The translations under genes and the position numbers were made by a program. Positions 28,184-39,822 of a DNA stretch of 53,301 nt are shown piece by piece (within the stretch, counting starts at the first letter, position 1; each line of letters opens with the position of its first letter). A model generated the notes under the pieces. The model worked only from the letters and a program-made list of their open reading frames with translations. It had not been told where the DNA came from and searched no databases. Source of the stretch: Microcystaceae cyanobacterium (GTDB lineage Bacteria; Cyanobacteriota; Cyanobacteriia; Cyanobacteriales; Microcystaceae); assembly GCA_041746575.1 (NCBI GenBank), contig JBGTGT010000075.1, forward strand, positions 1 through 53,301, written 5' to 3'.

Positions 28184-29605
28184 TTAACGAGAAGGTGTGG
28201 GTTTCCGTTGCGGAGAACGAGAAGAACGATTATAGCGGTTCGAGGACGACTTCCGCTTAACAAGGGGTTTGGGTAAACCTTCTTCAGGAACTTCCCATTC
28301 GTGCTTCATCCAATTCGGGCAGTTTTGGTCATAAACCATTTGTAAGGCGGCGGCGGCGATCGCTTGGGGATCATACTCATCACTCAATTCCCGTACAATG
28401 GGGAGGAAAGAGGCCATCCGTTCTCCTGTCAAACATTCCTTAATTTGCGTTTGAAGTTTTTCTAAACGTTTCCCTTCCACCTGAGAACGACTAGGAAGCT
28501 TAGAGACTTCGACTTTTTGGCGCAAACGGCGTTCTATTTGCCCTAAAAGGCGGCGATCAATCGGCTCAACGATCGCAATCGCTTTCCCTGTCTTACCGGC
28601 ACGCCCCGTTCGTCCAATACGGTGAATATAGGTTTCTGCATTATCAGGTAAATCAAAGTTAATGACATGGCTGAGGTTCTCCACATCTAACCCCCGTGCC
28701 GCAATGTCCGTAGCAACGACGAGCTTAATTTTACCGTCCCGGAAGCGTTGGACGAGGCGTTCGCGTTGAATTTGGGACAAATTGCCGTGATATTCATCGA
28801 CGCTTTGCCCAGCTTCTTGTAACTTGCTGGTGAGTTCAGAGGCCGTTTGCTTAGTGCGGACAAAGATAAGTGCTGATTCTGGGCTTTCGATTTCTAAAAT
28901 AGGCTGCAGTGCCTTAACTTTTGACCAGCCTCGCGGTACATAATAAACTTGCTGGTTAATACGAGTGGGGGCGACTTGCGTCTGTTCTACGGTTACTGTC
29001 ACCGGCGATTTCAAGAACTGATCAACGAGTTCCCGAATTTCCCGGGGCATGGTGGCAGAAAAACAGGAGGTTTGGCGAGTTTCAGGCGTTTTTTTGAGAA
29101 TCTTTTTGACATCATCAATAAACCCCATACTGAGCATTTCGTCGGCTTCATCGAGAACGACCCAGCGTAATTGGTCTAAATGGAGTTTTTTGCGGTCTAA
29201 AAGGTCAATAATCCGTCCCGGCGTCCCGACGACGATTTGCACTCCTCGTTCTAAACTGCGAATTTGCCGTTCGATGGACTGTCCACCATAAACGGTTAAA
29301 ACAAAGGTGCGTTGCTCAGAAAGGAAGTCCTTCATCGCTTGGGCAACTTGTTGAGCGAGTTCACGAGTGGGAGCTAAAACCAGAGCTTGTACGGCTTTAC
29401 TCTGAGGGTCAATTTGATCCAAAATCGGTAAAGAGTAGGCCGCCGTTTTGCCCGTCCCCGTTTGAGATTGGCCAAGCAAATCATGGCCTTCTAATATTAA
29501 AGGTATGGCTTGCGTTTGTATTTGTGTGGGTTCTGTAAAACCAATGGCTTCTAATTGTTGAATGCGAGTTTCGGATAAGCCTAAGTTTCTGAAAGAATCA
29601 GTCAT
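28184..29605 (-). CDS. crhR: DEAD-box RNA helicase CrhR
   Basis: QSQTGTGKT, PTRELA, TPGR, DEADEM, SAT, YIHRIGRTGRAG; directly downstream of rimO as in Synechocystis. Start set at MTDSF (29605). Confidence 0.93.
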   Translation of the reverse strand: MTDSFRNLGLSETRIQQLEAIGFTEPTQIQTQAIPLILEGHDLLGQSQTGTGKTAAYSLPILDQIDPQSKAVQALVLAPTRELAQQVAQAMKDFLSEQRTFVLTVYGGQSIERQIRSLERGVQIVVGTPGRIIDLLDRKKLHLDQLRWVVLDEADEMLSMGFIDDVKKILKKTPETRQTSCFSATMPREIRELVDQFLKSPVTVTVEQTQVAPTRINQQVYYVPRGWSKVKALQPILEIESPESALIFVRTKQTASELTSKLQEAGQSVDEYHGNLSQIQRERLVQRFRDGKIKLVVATDIAARGLDVENLSHVINFDLPDNAETYIHRIGRTGRAGKTGKAIAIVEPIDRRLLGQIERRLRQKVEVSKLPSRSQVEGKRLEKLQTQIKECLTGERMASFLPIVRELSDEYDPQAIAAAALQMVYDQNCPNWMKHEWEVPEEGLPKPLVKRKSSSNRYNRSSRSPQRKPTPSR

Positions 29606-29648
29606 AATAATGAGTTGTGAGTGAATTTTGTACGATAAGGGTTGACAA

Positions 29649-30965
29649 TTAACAGCAGACTTGACCATAGAGGTCGTAGGGGTCTGCATGGGTGATTTTT
29701 ACGGGGACAATGGCATTGAGAGAGGCATTTCCTTTCACATAAACCAGTCCATCGACTTCGGGGGCAAAACGAGCAGAGCGTCCAATATATTCTCCAGTTT
29801 GCGGATTTTCTTGCTCAATCAAGACATCAACGGTTTGACCGACATAGGCGGCGTTTTTCTGGGCTGAAATCGGTTTTTGAATGGCCATTAACCGATGCCA
29901 TCTTTCTTCTTTGAGATCGGACGGAATTTGACGAGGCATCGTATAAGAAGGGGTTTCCTCTTCTGGAGAGAAAGTAAAGACGCCTACATGGTCAAATTCG
30001 TGGCGTTGCACAAATTCTAGGAGGTTGTTAAAGTGCGTCTCGGTTTCTCCCGGAAAACCAACGATAAAGGTCGTCCGTAACGTAGCCCCCGGAATAGCAC
30101 CTTTAACTTGTTCGATGATGGCATCATTGACTCGTCCTTGCCACGGTCTGTTCATCCCTTTAAGAATCTCCGAGTGGGAGTGTTGTAGGGGCAAATCTAG
30201 ATAGGGCAGGATATTGGGTGTATTCTGGATGGCAGTTAAGACTTTTGGGGTTAATCCCGTCGGGTAAGCGTAATGGATACGAATCCATGGAATATCAACT
30301 GTACCCAAAGCAATTAGAAGTTCCGCTAATTTGGGTTCACCATACAAATCCAAACCGTAGTTGGTGGTAATTTGGGAGATGAGGATCAATTCCTGTACCC
30401 CTTGGGCGGCAAGCTGTTGGGCTTCCGTAACAATCGATTCAATCGTGCGAGAGCGTTGTTTGCCCCGTAAGTGGGGAATAATACAGAAAGAGCAACGATA
30501 ATCGCAGCCTTCTGCCACTCTGAGATAGGCGACACTTTCAGCAGTAGTACGGTAGCGGGGAAGGGTATCATCAGCGATATAGGTAGGATTCTCGCTAATT
30601 TCTGTGACTCTTTCGCCCGTTTCGACCCGTTCAATGACATCAACTATCTTTTGATAATCACCTGTTCCGATTACGGCAACTGCTTCGGGTATTTCTTCTA
30701 GTAATTGCTCCTGAAAATGCTGTGCCATACAGCCCGAAATAATAATTCGCTTATTCGCTTCGGCCAATTCTACCAACGTGCGAACGGACTCTTCCCTAGC
30801 CTTTTCAATAAAGCTACAAGTATTAACGATGACGTAGTCTGCTAATTCCTCGTTATTATCTACTGAATAACCTGCTTGTGCTAACAGGCCAAGCATGTGT
30901 TCTGAGTCTATGCGGTTTTTCTCACATCCTAGATGGGAGATGGCGACAGTTGGCTTATTGCCCAT
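29649..30965 (-). CDS. rimO: Ribosomal protein S12 methylthiotransferase
   Basis: [14 protein letters not shown], radical [17 protein letters not shown]-terminal TRAM (APEVDG). Start set at MGNKP (30965). Confidence 0.95.
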   Translation of the reverse strand: MGNKPTVAISHLGCEKNRIDSEHMLGLLAQAGYSVDNNEELADYVIVNTCSFIEKAREESVRTLVELAEANKRIIISGCMAQHFQEQLLEEIPEAVAVIGTGDYQKIVDVIERVETGERVTEISENPTYIADDTLPRYRTTAESVAYLRVAEGCDYRCSFCIIPHLRGKQRSRTIESIVTEAQQLAAQGVQELILISQITTNYGLDLYGEPKLAELLIALGTVDIPWIRIHYAYPTGLTPKVLTAIQNTPNILPYLDLPLQHSHSEILKGMNRPWQGRVNDAIIEQVKGAIPGATLRTTFIVGFPGETETHFNNLLEFVQRHEFDHVGVFTFSPEEETPSYTMPRQIPSDLKEERWHRLMAIQKPISAQKNAAYVGQTVDVLIEQENPQTGEYIGRSARFAPEVDGLVYVKGNASLNAIVPVKITHADPYDLYGQVCC

Positions 30966-31262
30966 GAATTTTGGTTGACCTTTGGTGTAACGTCGGGACA
31001 AAAACCAAAATACTTGCTTGCTGGGGTTAAGATGACCGTTAACTGCTCGCTGCCTTTGGCTTGCCCTATTTTTTTTGATTCGTTCATATATCTTAACAGA
31101 GAATTGTTCCTTCTGGTTAATAAAATCAAACAATTCTAAAAAATGCAACCACAGATAGAGGTTAAGTTCTATCATAACGGGGACAGTGTTTAGGAGAAAA
31201 TTAGCCTACAATTTAGATCGATTCCCTGCAAATTGCCCGGATCACCTGTAATGATACCCACT

Positions 31263-31694
31263 ATGTCAGACAAAACCCTTAATATTCTCTTAGTAGAAGA
31301 TGACGATGTCGATAGAATGAATGTGCAGCGGGCTTTCCAGAAAAATAACATTGGCAATCCTATCTATGTCGCTCGAAATGGGATTGAAGCCCTCGAAATG
31401 TTGCAATCGCGAGGAGACATCTCTCCGCTCGTTCCTATTGAACGTCGTTTAATTCTGCTGGATCTCAATATGCCCAAAATGAACGGATTGGAATTCCTTA
31501 AAGAATTGCGCCAAAATCCCGAACTGAGATCGATTCCCGTGATTGTTTTGACCACTTCCGACGAAGAGCAGGAAAGGGTAGAAGCTTACCAATTAAATGT
31601 AGCGGGCTATATTCTTAAGCCGGTTACTTTCACGAAATTCGCTGATGTTATCACTACGCTCAATAAGTATTGGACGTTGTGTGAAATGCCTTAA
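31263..31694 (+). CDS. Single-domain response regulator (Rcp1-like)
   Basis: ILLVEDD, LILLDLNMPKMNG, VLTTS, AGYILKP, YW C-terminal pattern. Start may be 31251 or 31263. Confidence 0.9.
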   Translation: MSDKTLNILLVEDDDVDRMNVQRAFQKNNIGNPIYVARNGIEALEMLQSRGDISPLVPIERRLILLDLNMPKMNGLEFLKELRQNPELRSIPVIVLTTSDEEQERVEAYQLNVAGYILKPVTFTKFADVITTLNKYWTLCEMP

Positions 31695-31891
31695 ATCAGC
31701 CTATTTCAATTCAGAGAGTTTCTCTGGAAACAAATGGTGAAAACGATCGCGCGCAAGATGAGGTAAGAGATAATAGTAGAAAGATAAAACTTGTTCAAAG
31801 AATCAGTTTTAAGGGTCACCAAAGGACGAAAGAGCCGGAATAGCAGGATATTTCAGCGTGTAACTCTACTTTTCCTAGTGATTGATTAATA

Positions 31892-33133
31892 ATGTCTCAA
31901 GTTCTTAACATACTGGTAATTGATGATGATAGTGTGGATCGGATGGCAGTGGCGCGCTCGCTTTATAAAACGGGCATTCCTCTTGAAATTACCGAAGAAA
32001 GCCTAGCAACAATGGGTATTGATCGCCTCACTTCGGCAGAAAAGAACTACGATTGCGTTTTTCTGGACTATCGTCTACCGGATCTTGATGGATTAGCCCT
32101 CATTAAAGCTTTACGTCGTTTAGGGATTATGATTCCCTTGATTGTCTTAACAGGTCAAGGGGATGAGCAAATTGCGGTAGAGTTAATGAAGGCGGGCGCA
32201 TCGGATTATCTTTCCAAGTCCAAAATTTCGGCAGATGCCTTGGCGCAAACTCTACGTAGCTCCTTACGGATTTATCAAGCCGAACAGCAGGCAAGACAGG
32301 CAAATGACCAACTGCGGGCGACGAATCAGCTACTGAGACATAAAAATCGAGAGTTGGAAGTCCAAAGACATCAAATTGAGCAACAAAACCAGCAATTACA
32401 AGAAACCTCGCGCTTGAAGTCCCAATTTTTAGCGACCATTTCCCACGAATTACGTACGCCGATGAATGCCATTATGGGTTTTTCTCAGATGCTACTCAAT
32501 CAGTATCCTGACCCGTTGACGCTCAAACAGACAGATATGGTGAGACGTATCTATAATAATAGCCAAAATTTACTTAATTTGCTAAATGAGGTGCTAGATT
32601 TTTCTAAAATCGAAGCAGGACAACTCACTCTTCACCCCAATGAGTTTGATTTAGTCAAATTAGCCAGCTTTACGGTTGACGAATTACGTTGCCTCGCCGT
32701 GGACAAAGCCTTGAGCTTGGAGATGGAGATAAAAATGGATAATCCTCTAATTATTAGCGATCAACAGTGTTTACGACGAATTTTAACTAATTTACTATCC
32801 AATGCTATCAAATTTACAGACGAGGGAAAAATCAGCCTAAAGATTCAGGAAAAATCTGAGGATCGGATCCTTATAGTATTACAAGATACGGGTATTGGCA
32901 TTGCCCCAGACCACTTAACCTTCATTTTTGAGGCGTTTCGTCAGATTGATCAAACCCTCACCCGAAAACAGGCGGGAACAGGATTAGGGTTAGCCATTAC
33001 GGATGCTCTCGTTAAACTGCTTCAAGGGACAATTACCGTTGAAAGTCATTTAGGGCAAGGCAGTACCTTTAAAGTTGAAATCCCTCGTCAGATCGCTCAA
33101 TCCTTGATTAATTCCCCTTATCATTATGAATAA
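31892..33133 (+). CDS. Hybrid histidine kinase (REC-coiled coil-HisKA-HATPase)
   Basis: N-terminal REC (VIDDD, LDYRLP), SHELRTPM, NLLSNAIKFT, DTGIG, GTGLGL. Confidence 0.93.
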   Translation: MSQVLNILVIDDDSVDRMAVARSLYKTGIPLEITEESLATMGIDRLTSAEKNYDCVFLDYRLPDLDGLALIKALRRLGIMIPLIVLTGQGDEQIAVELMKAGASDYLSKSKISADALAQTLRSSLRIYQAEQQARQANDQLRATNQLLRHKNRELEVQRHQIEQQNQQLQETSRLKSQFLATISHELRTPMNAIMGFSQMLLNQYPDPLTLKQTDMVRRIYNNSQNLLNLLNEVLDFSKIEAGQLTLHPNEFDLVKLASFTVDELRCLAVDKALSLEMEIKMDNPLIISDQQCLRRILTNLLSNAIKFTDEGKISLKIQEKSEDRILIVLQDTGIGIAPDHLTFIFEAFRQIDQTLTRKQAGTGLGLAITDALVKLLQGTITVESHLGQGSTFKVEIPRQIAQSLINSPYHYE

Positions 33134-34211
33134 TTATTTACTAGCAGTGGATGATACCCCCGATAATTTATTACTCATTCAATTAGCCTTAGAACAAGAA
33201 GGATATTCTGTCGTTTTAGTTGATAGCGGTCGAAAAGCACTGGCAACCATTGAGCGTCGCCCTCCCGATTTAGTATTATTAGATGTCATGATGCCCGAGA
33301 TGAATGGTTATGAAGTCACTCGACGCATTCGCCAACATCCCCATCTTCCTTATATTCCGATTTTATTAATTACCGCCCATGAAGAACCGAGTCTAATTAA
33401 AGGATTAGATATCGGAGCGGATGAATTTATTCGCAAACCGATTCAGTTAGATGAACTGACGGCAAGAGTTCGTTCCCTTTTAAGACTCAAACGAACGATG
33501 GATCAACGGGATAATTTTGTCTCTTGTTTAACTCATGATTTACGCACGCCCTTAGTAGCGGCGGATCGAATGCTACAGTTAATGGAGCAAAACACATTTG
33601 GGGCGGTTTCTCCAGAAATGGGAAATGCGCTGAAAGCGATGCAGAAAAATAACCAAAATCTTTTACAAATGCTCAATACCCTTTTAGATGTGCATTGTTA
33701 TGATTTAGGGCAAAAAGCTCTCAGTTTTATCCCGTTGAATTTGACAGAACTGTTAGAAGAGATTGCCCAAGAATTGTTGCCTCTTGCCCAAGAAAAGGGG
33801 CTAGACTTAAGAGTTGAGCTAGGGAAAAAGTCCCAAGAAATTACAGGCGATCGCTTAGAATTACGACGGGTGTTTATGAACCTAATCAGCAATGCCATTA
33901 AGTTTACCGATCAGGGCTGGGTTGAGGTGCGCTTACGGTTGGAAAATAGCGATTATCAATATGTGATTGTGGAAGTAGAAGACACGGGCATCGGCATGGC
34001 GCAATCTACCCAATTAGAGATTTTTCAGCGATTTCGTCAAGGTAATCATAAACGTTCGGGGCATGGATTGGGTTTATATTTGTGTTCTCAAATTATTGAA
34101 GCCCATCAGGGAAAGATTACGGTCATGTCTCAACAACAGCAAGGCAGTGTCTTCCGAGTGAGTTTACCGTTTTCAAGGTCATCTGCCAATTTTATTGAGG
34201 CTGTACGCTAA
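33126..34211 (+). CDS. Hybrid histidine kinase (REC-HisKA-HATPase)
   Basis: AVDD, LLDVMMP, THDLRTP, NLISNAIKFT, DTGIG, GHGLGL; overlaps the preceding gene by 8 nt. Confidence 0.93.
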   Translation: MNNYLLAVDDTPDNLLLIQLALEQEGYSVVLVDSGRKALATIERRPPDLVLLDVMMPEMNGYEVTRRIRQHPHLPYIPILLITAHEEPSLIKGLDIGADEFIRKPIQLDELTARVRSLLRLKRTMDQRDNFVSCLTHDLRTPLVAADRMLQLMEQNTFGAVSPEMGNALKAMQKNNQNLLQMLNTLLDVHCYDLGQKALSFIPLNLTELLEEIAQELLPLAQEKGLDLRVELGKKSQEITGDRLELRRVFMNLISNAIKFTDQGWVEVRLRLENSDYQYVIVEVEDTGIGMAQSTQLEIFQRFRQGNHKRSGHGLGLYLCSQIIEAHQGKITVMSQQQQGSVFRVSLPFSRSSANFIEAVR

Positions 34212-34252
34212 AATCAAGATAATCTGTTTTCCTCTCATATTGAAAAAGCAAG

Positions 34253-34939
34253 ATGGAATCACCCGTTAAAGCCGTACAAACTGCATATTATAGCGATGTT
34301 GCCTATCGTACTCCCCCTCCAGACCTAGAATCCTTGTTGCTCAAAGAACGGATTGTCTATCTAGGTTTGCCCCTGTATTCGTCTGATGAAGTGAAGCGCA
34401 ATGTAGGGATTGATGTAACTGAGTTGATTATCGCTCAATTATTGTATCTTCAGTTTGATGATCCCGAAAAACCGATTTATTTCTACATCAACTCCACGGG
34501 GACATCTTGGCACACAGGGGATGCTATTGGTTTTGAAACCGAAGCCTTTGCCATCTGTGATACCTTAAGCTACATTAAACCTCCCGTCCATACTATCTGT
34601 ATTGGTCAAGCGATGGGGACGGCGGCCATGATTTTATCAGCAGGAACAAAAGGATGCCGCGCTTCTCTGCCCCATGCCACCATTGTCTTAAATCAAAACC
34701 GTACGGGGGCGCAAGGTCAAGCGACAGATATCCAAATTCGTGCGAAGGAAGTGCTGCACAATAAACGAACTATGTTAGAGATTTTCGCTCGAAATACAGG
34801 TCAATCGGTCGAAAAAATCATTAAAGACACCGATCGCACCTTTTACCTAACTCCAGCACAAGCAAAAGAATATGGTTTAGTTGATCGTATTCTTGAGAGT
34901 CGCAAAGACCTGCCGCAACCCTTAGCAAGTGTCAGATAA
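34253..34939 (+). CDS. clpR: Clp protease non-catalytic subunit ClpR
   Basis: RTPPPDLESLLLKERIVYLG, YINSTG; lacks the catalytic Ser/His (AMGT, LNQ). Confidence 0.9.
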   Translation: MESPVKAVQTAYYSDVAYRTPPPDLESLLLKERIVYLGLPLYSSDEVKRNVGIDVTELIIAQLLYLQFDDPEKPIYFYINSTGTSWHTGDAIGFETEAFAICDTLSYIKPPVHTICIGQAMGTAAMILSAGTKGCRASLPHATIVLNQNRTGAQGQATDIQIRAKEVLHNKRTMLEIFARNTGQSVEKIIKDTDRTFYLTPAQAKEYGLVDRILESRKDLPQPLASVR

Positions 34940-35053
34940 AGGATTGTAGGGTTTAGTCTAGGTTTTCAGACTTAGCGTTAATGCCTTCGCCTTTTAGTCC
35001 TCATACAACGTTATTCCCACAAACCTCTATTAAATCCCCTTTGAGTTTAAATT

Positions 35054-35650
35054 ATGCCTATTGGTATTCCTAAAGTCCCCTATCGTCTTCCGGGCAGTCA
35101 ATACGAACAATGGATCAGTATTTATCAACGTCTAGCTGTTGAACGCATTCTTTTTTTGGGGCAAGAAGTCACTGATGGTTTGGCGAATGCCTTAGTTGCT
35201 CAGATGTTGTACTTAGACTCTGATGATCCCAGTAAGCCGATTTACCTCTATATCAATTCACCGGGTGGGTCAATTACGGCGGGAATGGCGATTTATGACA
35301 CCATGCAGTACATTAAATCCGAGGTTATCACAATCTGCGTCGGTTTAGCGGCTTCAATGGGGTCTTTTCTCTTAGCGGCAGGCTCGCCGGGAAAACGTTT
35401 GGCTTTGCCCCATGCCCGAATTATGATTCACCAGCCGTTAGGGGGAACCGGCCGTCGTCAAGCAACAGATATTGAAATTGAGGCCAGAGAAATTCTGCGA
35501 ATTCGTCAACAACTGAACCAAATGTTAGCAGATAGAACGGGTCAACCGTTAGCAAAAATTGAGAAAGATACAGACCGTGATTACTTTATGTCTGCCGAAG
35601 AAGCGAAAACCTATGGTTTGATCGATAAAGTTATTGAAGAAACGCCTTAA
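35054..35650 (+). CDS. clpP: ATP-dependent Clp protease proteolytic subunit (ClpP3-like)
   Basis: [33 protein letters not shown]. Confidence 0.95.
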   Translation: MPIGIPKVPYRLPGSQYEQWISIYQRLAVERILFLGQEVTDGLANALVAQMLYLDSDDPSKPIYLYINSPGGSITAGMAIYDTMQYIKSEVITICVGLAASMGSFLLAAGSPGKRLALPHARIMIHQPLGGTGRRQATDIEIEAREILRIRQQLNQMLADRTGQPLAKIEKDTDRDYFMSAEEAKTYGLIDKVIEETP

Positions 35651-35671
35651 ATCTTAATATTTTCGCTCTTT

Positions 35672-35707
35672 AGAGGGATGCGAGTCTGAGTCATTCCTCT
35701 TTTTTTT
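35672..35707 (+). terminator. Intrinsic terminator after clpP
   Basis: AGAGGGATG...CATTCCTCT followed by a T-run. Confidence 0.65.
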
Positions 35708-35882
35708 GTATGGAATTTTAAAAATTAAAAGGTTGACCGAATTTCGATTTCTTTTCTTGAAATTAAAACTTAAAAATAAGCGGTAATCTTTAACCGTGCG
35801 ACTTTTGTTATCAAATTCTAACATGACAAATCTGAATTCTTTCTTTAGCTTTTTCCATTCTGAGCAAAACCCCTTAGCATAA

Positions 35883-37025
<1,143 letters not shown>

Positions 37026-37058
37026 TTTCGTCTCGATTCAATTCAATAAGCTTTATTT

Positions 37059-37084
37059 AGGGGGACAAAGAATGCCCCCTTTTT
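37059..37084 (+). terminator. Intrinsic terminator after gap1
   Basis: AGGGGGACA..TGCCCCCT followed by TTTT; a MITE begins in the T-tail. Confidence 0.65.
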
Positions 37085-37247
37085 AACGTGAGTTCGACTA
37101 TCAGAAAATCTACGAGGCTTCTTTCTTTAATTTTTTTGTGCAGGGGGTTTGGGGGGCTAGTCCCCCACAAGAATTTGTTTTTCTTTTCCTAATCCCAACG
37201 AGGATGGACAAAAAAATTGAGATAATTGCCCTCGTCGAACTCACATC
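37085..37247. mobile_element. MITE (copy 2, inverted relative to 14141-14348)
   Basis: AACGTGAGTTCGAC...GTCGAACTCACATC. The reverse complement aligns with copy 1 (e.g. GGGATTAGGAAAAGAAAAACAAATTCTTG). TTTT on both flanks. Confidence 0.82.
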
Positions 37248-37345
37248 TTTTTAAGGATTCTTACTTAGGTCAGTGGTACACAAAAGGCTTCTAAAATAGA
37301 ACAAAGCTCAATGATGGTTTTATAGTGTCAGATTTTTCTAACCGA

Positions 37346-38773
37346 ATGCTTCTTACGGATGTTCTGCTCCTCGATTATAAACGCTGCCAACGACGCGCTT
37401 TTTTAGATTCCTACGGTGATTCTCAATCGAAAAGACCAGAAAAAGATTTTTTGCTTAAATTACGAGAAGAAAGCCGAAAACATATTCAATATCTTGTTAA
37501 TACGCAATATCCTTACGCTAGATCCCTTATTTCTTCCAAAAATGATCTACAAGCCCAAGCAGAAGAAACGGAAGTCTTGATGAAGCAAGGAGTAGACTGT
37601 ATTTTACAAGGAACTTTACGTTGTCTTCACGCCACTGGAATCTCCCTGATCGGAAGACCGGATTTATTGGTTAAGCAAACTGGAAAATCCAAATGGGGGG
37701 ATTGGCTGTATATACCGATTAGTATCCACTTTGGTCGTCGTCCTAAACCAGAATACAAACTGATTGCTACCTTTTATGCCTATCTACTGACGCAAATTCA
37801 GCAAGTCAGCCCCCCCAAGAGTGAGTTAATCCTCCGTCGTCATAATCATCATGTGGTCAATTTGTCTGCCTGGGAACCTCGCCTCAAAAGTGTTCTTTCT
37901 GATTGCATAACGATGCTCTTAGCCAAAAATGAGCCGGAGGTTTTTATTTCTCGCCAGCGATGTAGCCTTTGTCATTGGTACAATGATTGTTACCGCCTCG
38001 CTCAATCTCAAAGCCATCTTTCCCTGGTACCGGGAGTTACCCCCAGTCGTTACAGCTATCTCCAAACCCTCGGCATTATTACGCTTGAATTACTCGCTAC
38101 TACTCATCCCACTCACTTAACCGATATGATGAGTTTAGAGATGGCCAAACAATTACAGCAACAGGCGCAAGCATTATGGGAAAATCGCCCCATTTTAAAA
38201 CCGAGTTCCGCTAAAAGGGTAATTCCCTCTGAGGCTGTTGAACTCTACTTTGATATTGAAGCCGAACCCGAACACAATTTAGATTATTTGTTGGGAATTT
38301 TAGAAGTTAATCGTCAAAATCAAACGGAAATTTTTCATTCTTTTCTAGCAGAAACCCCTCAGGCAGAAGCCCAAAATTGGCACGCTTTCTTAGAATTTGT
38401 TAATCAATACGAGACAGCCCCCATTTTTCACTTTTCTGAATATGAAGCCGAAACTATTAAGCGACTGGCAACCCTTTATCAAACCTCACCCCTCGAAAAA
38501 GAGCAACTCCTTTCGCGTTTAGTAGATTTACATCAAATTGTTATTCACCGAGTCATTTTACCGGTTGAAAGTTATTCCCTCAAAGCGATCGCAAACTGGA
38601 TTGGCTTTCAATGGCGAGATCAAGGAGCAGGCGGGGATCAATGCGTTTTCTGGTATGACCAATGGCTAAAGACACAAGATTCCAGTTTTTTAGCTTTAAT
38701 TCTCCGTTATAATGAAGATGATTGTCGAGCGACTTTTTGGCTTAAGGATTGGTTAACTGGGTTTCTCGTTTAA
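37346..38773 (+). CDS. TM0106-family RecB-like putative nuclease (C-terminal RNase H-like domain)
   Basis: YKRCQRRAFL, GRPDLL, CSLCHWYNDC, LYFDIE, YSLK, YNEDDCRAT. Start set at MLLTD; the ORF extends to 37325. Confidence 0.85.
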   Translation: MLLTDVLLLDYKRCQRRAFLDSYGDSQSKRPEKDFLLKLREESRKHIQYLVNTQYPYARSLISSKNDLQAQAEETEVLMKQGVDCILQGTLRCLHATGISLIGRPDLLVKQTGKSKWGDWLYIPISIHFGRRPKPEYKLIATFYAYLLTQIQQVSPPKSELILRRHNHHVVNLSAWEPRLKSVLSDCITMLLAKNEPEVFISRQRCSLCHWYNDCYRLAQSQSHLSLVPGVTPSRYSYLQTLGIITLELLATTHPTHLTDMMSLEMAKQLQQQAQALWENRPILKPSSAKRVIPSEAVELYFDIEAEPEHNLDYLLGILEVNRQNQTEIFHSFLAETPQAEAQNWHAFLEFVNQYETAPIFHFSEYEAETIKRLATLYQTSPLEKEQLLSRLVDLHQIVIHRVILPVESYSLKAIANWIGFQWRDQGAGGDQCVFWYDQWLKTQDSSFLALILRYNEDDCRATFWLKDWLTGFLV

Positions 38774-39007
38774 CTGACCGTTTTTAGAGCGATTGATATT
38801 AAGACTTCAGTCCTCAAAATTTTCCTAATCTTTAATTGACGGCGTGCCAGTATAAAGTTATGCAAAGTTTTATCAAAAAAAACAAATTCGTGATGAAGAT
38901 AACGGATTATTTTTCTGGGGCAATGTTATGGTTAAATCAGTTAATAAAAAAAATAGTTCTTCTCCTTTTTGACGCTGCCTCACCCACCTTTAACCCAAGG
39001 ATCTGCG

Positions 39008-39244
39008 ATGCTACTCTTCATGTTTCCCCTGTTATTGCTGATTACATCTATTTGGAGTCTTTTTTGGTATCAAAAGACCGATAACGATATTTTTGGCGTA
39101 TTAGGCGCATCCAGTGCTGCAATTGGACTAATTTGGGGGCTGATGATGGCCCATTGGTCTATTAATCTTCTGGGCTTACTGGTATTACTATGCTTGCGAT
39201 TCCCAACCTTAAGAACGATTCAAGTCAATATACACCAAGACTAA
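39008..39244 (+). CDS. Small membrane hypothetical protein
   Basis: Three hydrophobic segments; ATG39008 taken as start (ORF extends to 38969). Confidence 0.6.
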   Translation: MLLFMFPLLLLITSIWSLFWYQKTDNDIFGVLGASSAAIGLIWGLMMAHWSINLLGLLVLLCLRFPTLRTIQVNIHQD

Positions 39245-39470
39245 TAAGTTCAATCTGAATTTTGTCAACACCGATATTTAACCAAAAACGTTAACCTTGA
39301 TCCCCAAACGGAACTGACTTGTATATAATAATTGCAAGTCTTGCTGATTTAGGATCAGGAATTTAGGTATTATTCTGGACGAATATCTGGAGTTCGCTGA
39401 TTTTGGGACAGTTCAGATTTTTCCGCAAAGCCATTGATAAACCATCTATAATAAACGTTGTTAATCCCTG

Positions 39471-39812
39471 ATGATACTTTCTGTTAACGAACTGACGTTT
39501 CCTCAAGTGGTACTCGAGTCACCTAAGCCCGTTTTAGTCCATTTTTGGGCGCCTTGGTGTGGACTTTGCCGCCTCACCCTGCCTTTACTTACCAAAGTAC
39601 AAGGAGAATGGGGAGACGATTTAAGATTAGTCAGTATTAATGCCGATGAAAATTTGAGGTTAGCCAATACCTATCGCCTCAGAAATTTACCCACCCTTTT
39701 ACTTTTAGAAAAAGGACAAGTGATTAACCGTCTAGAGGATTTTCGGAGTCGAGAAGACCTCAACCAGATTTTAGATAAGATTAGTTGTCATCATTTCATT
39801 CAATCTGCCTAA
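39471..39812 (+). CDS. trxC: Atypical thioredoxin TrxC
   Basis: FWAPWCGLCR active site characteristic of cyanobacterial TrxC. Confidence 0.85.
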   Translation: MILSVNELTFPQVVLESPKPVLVHFWAPWCGLCRLTLPLLTKVQGEWGDDLRLVSINADENLRLANTYRLRNLPTLLLLEKGQVINRLEDFRSREDLNQILDKISCHHFIQSA

Positions 39813-39822
39813 ATAAAGGAAT

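Noticed and set aside
29606..31175. Long N-terminal extensions of CrhR (to 29689) and RimO (to 31175)
   Set aside because: Family similarity starts at MTDSF and MGNKP; the extensions overlap the neighbouring gene or promoter DNA.
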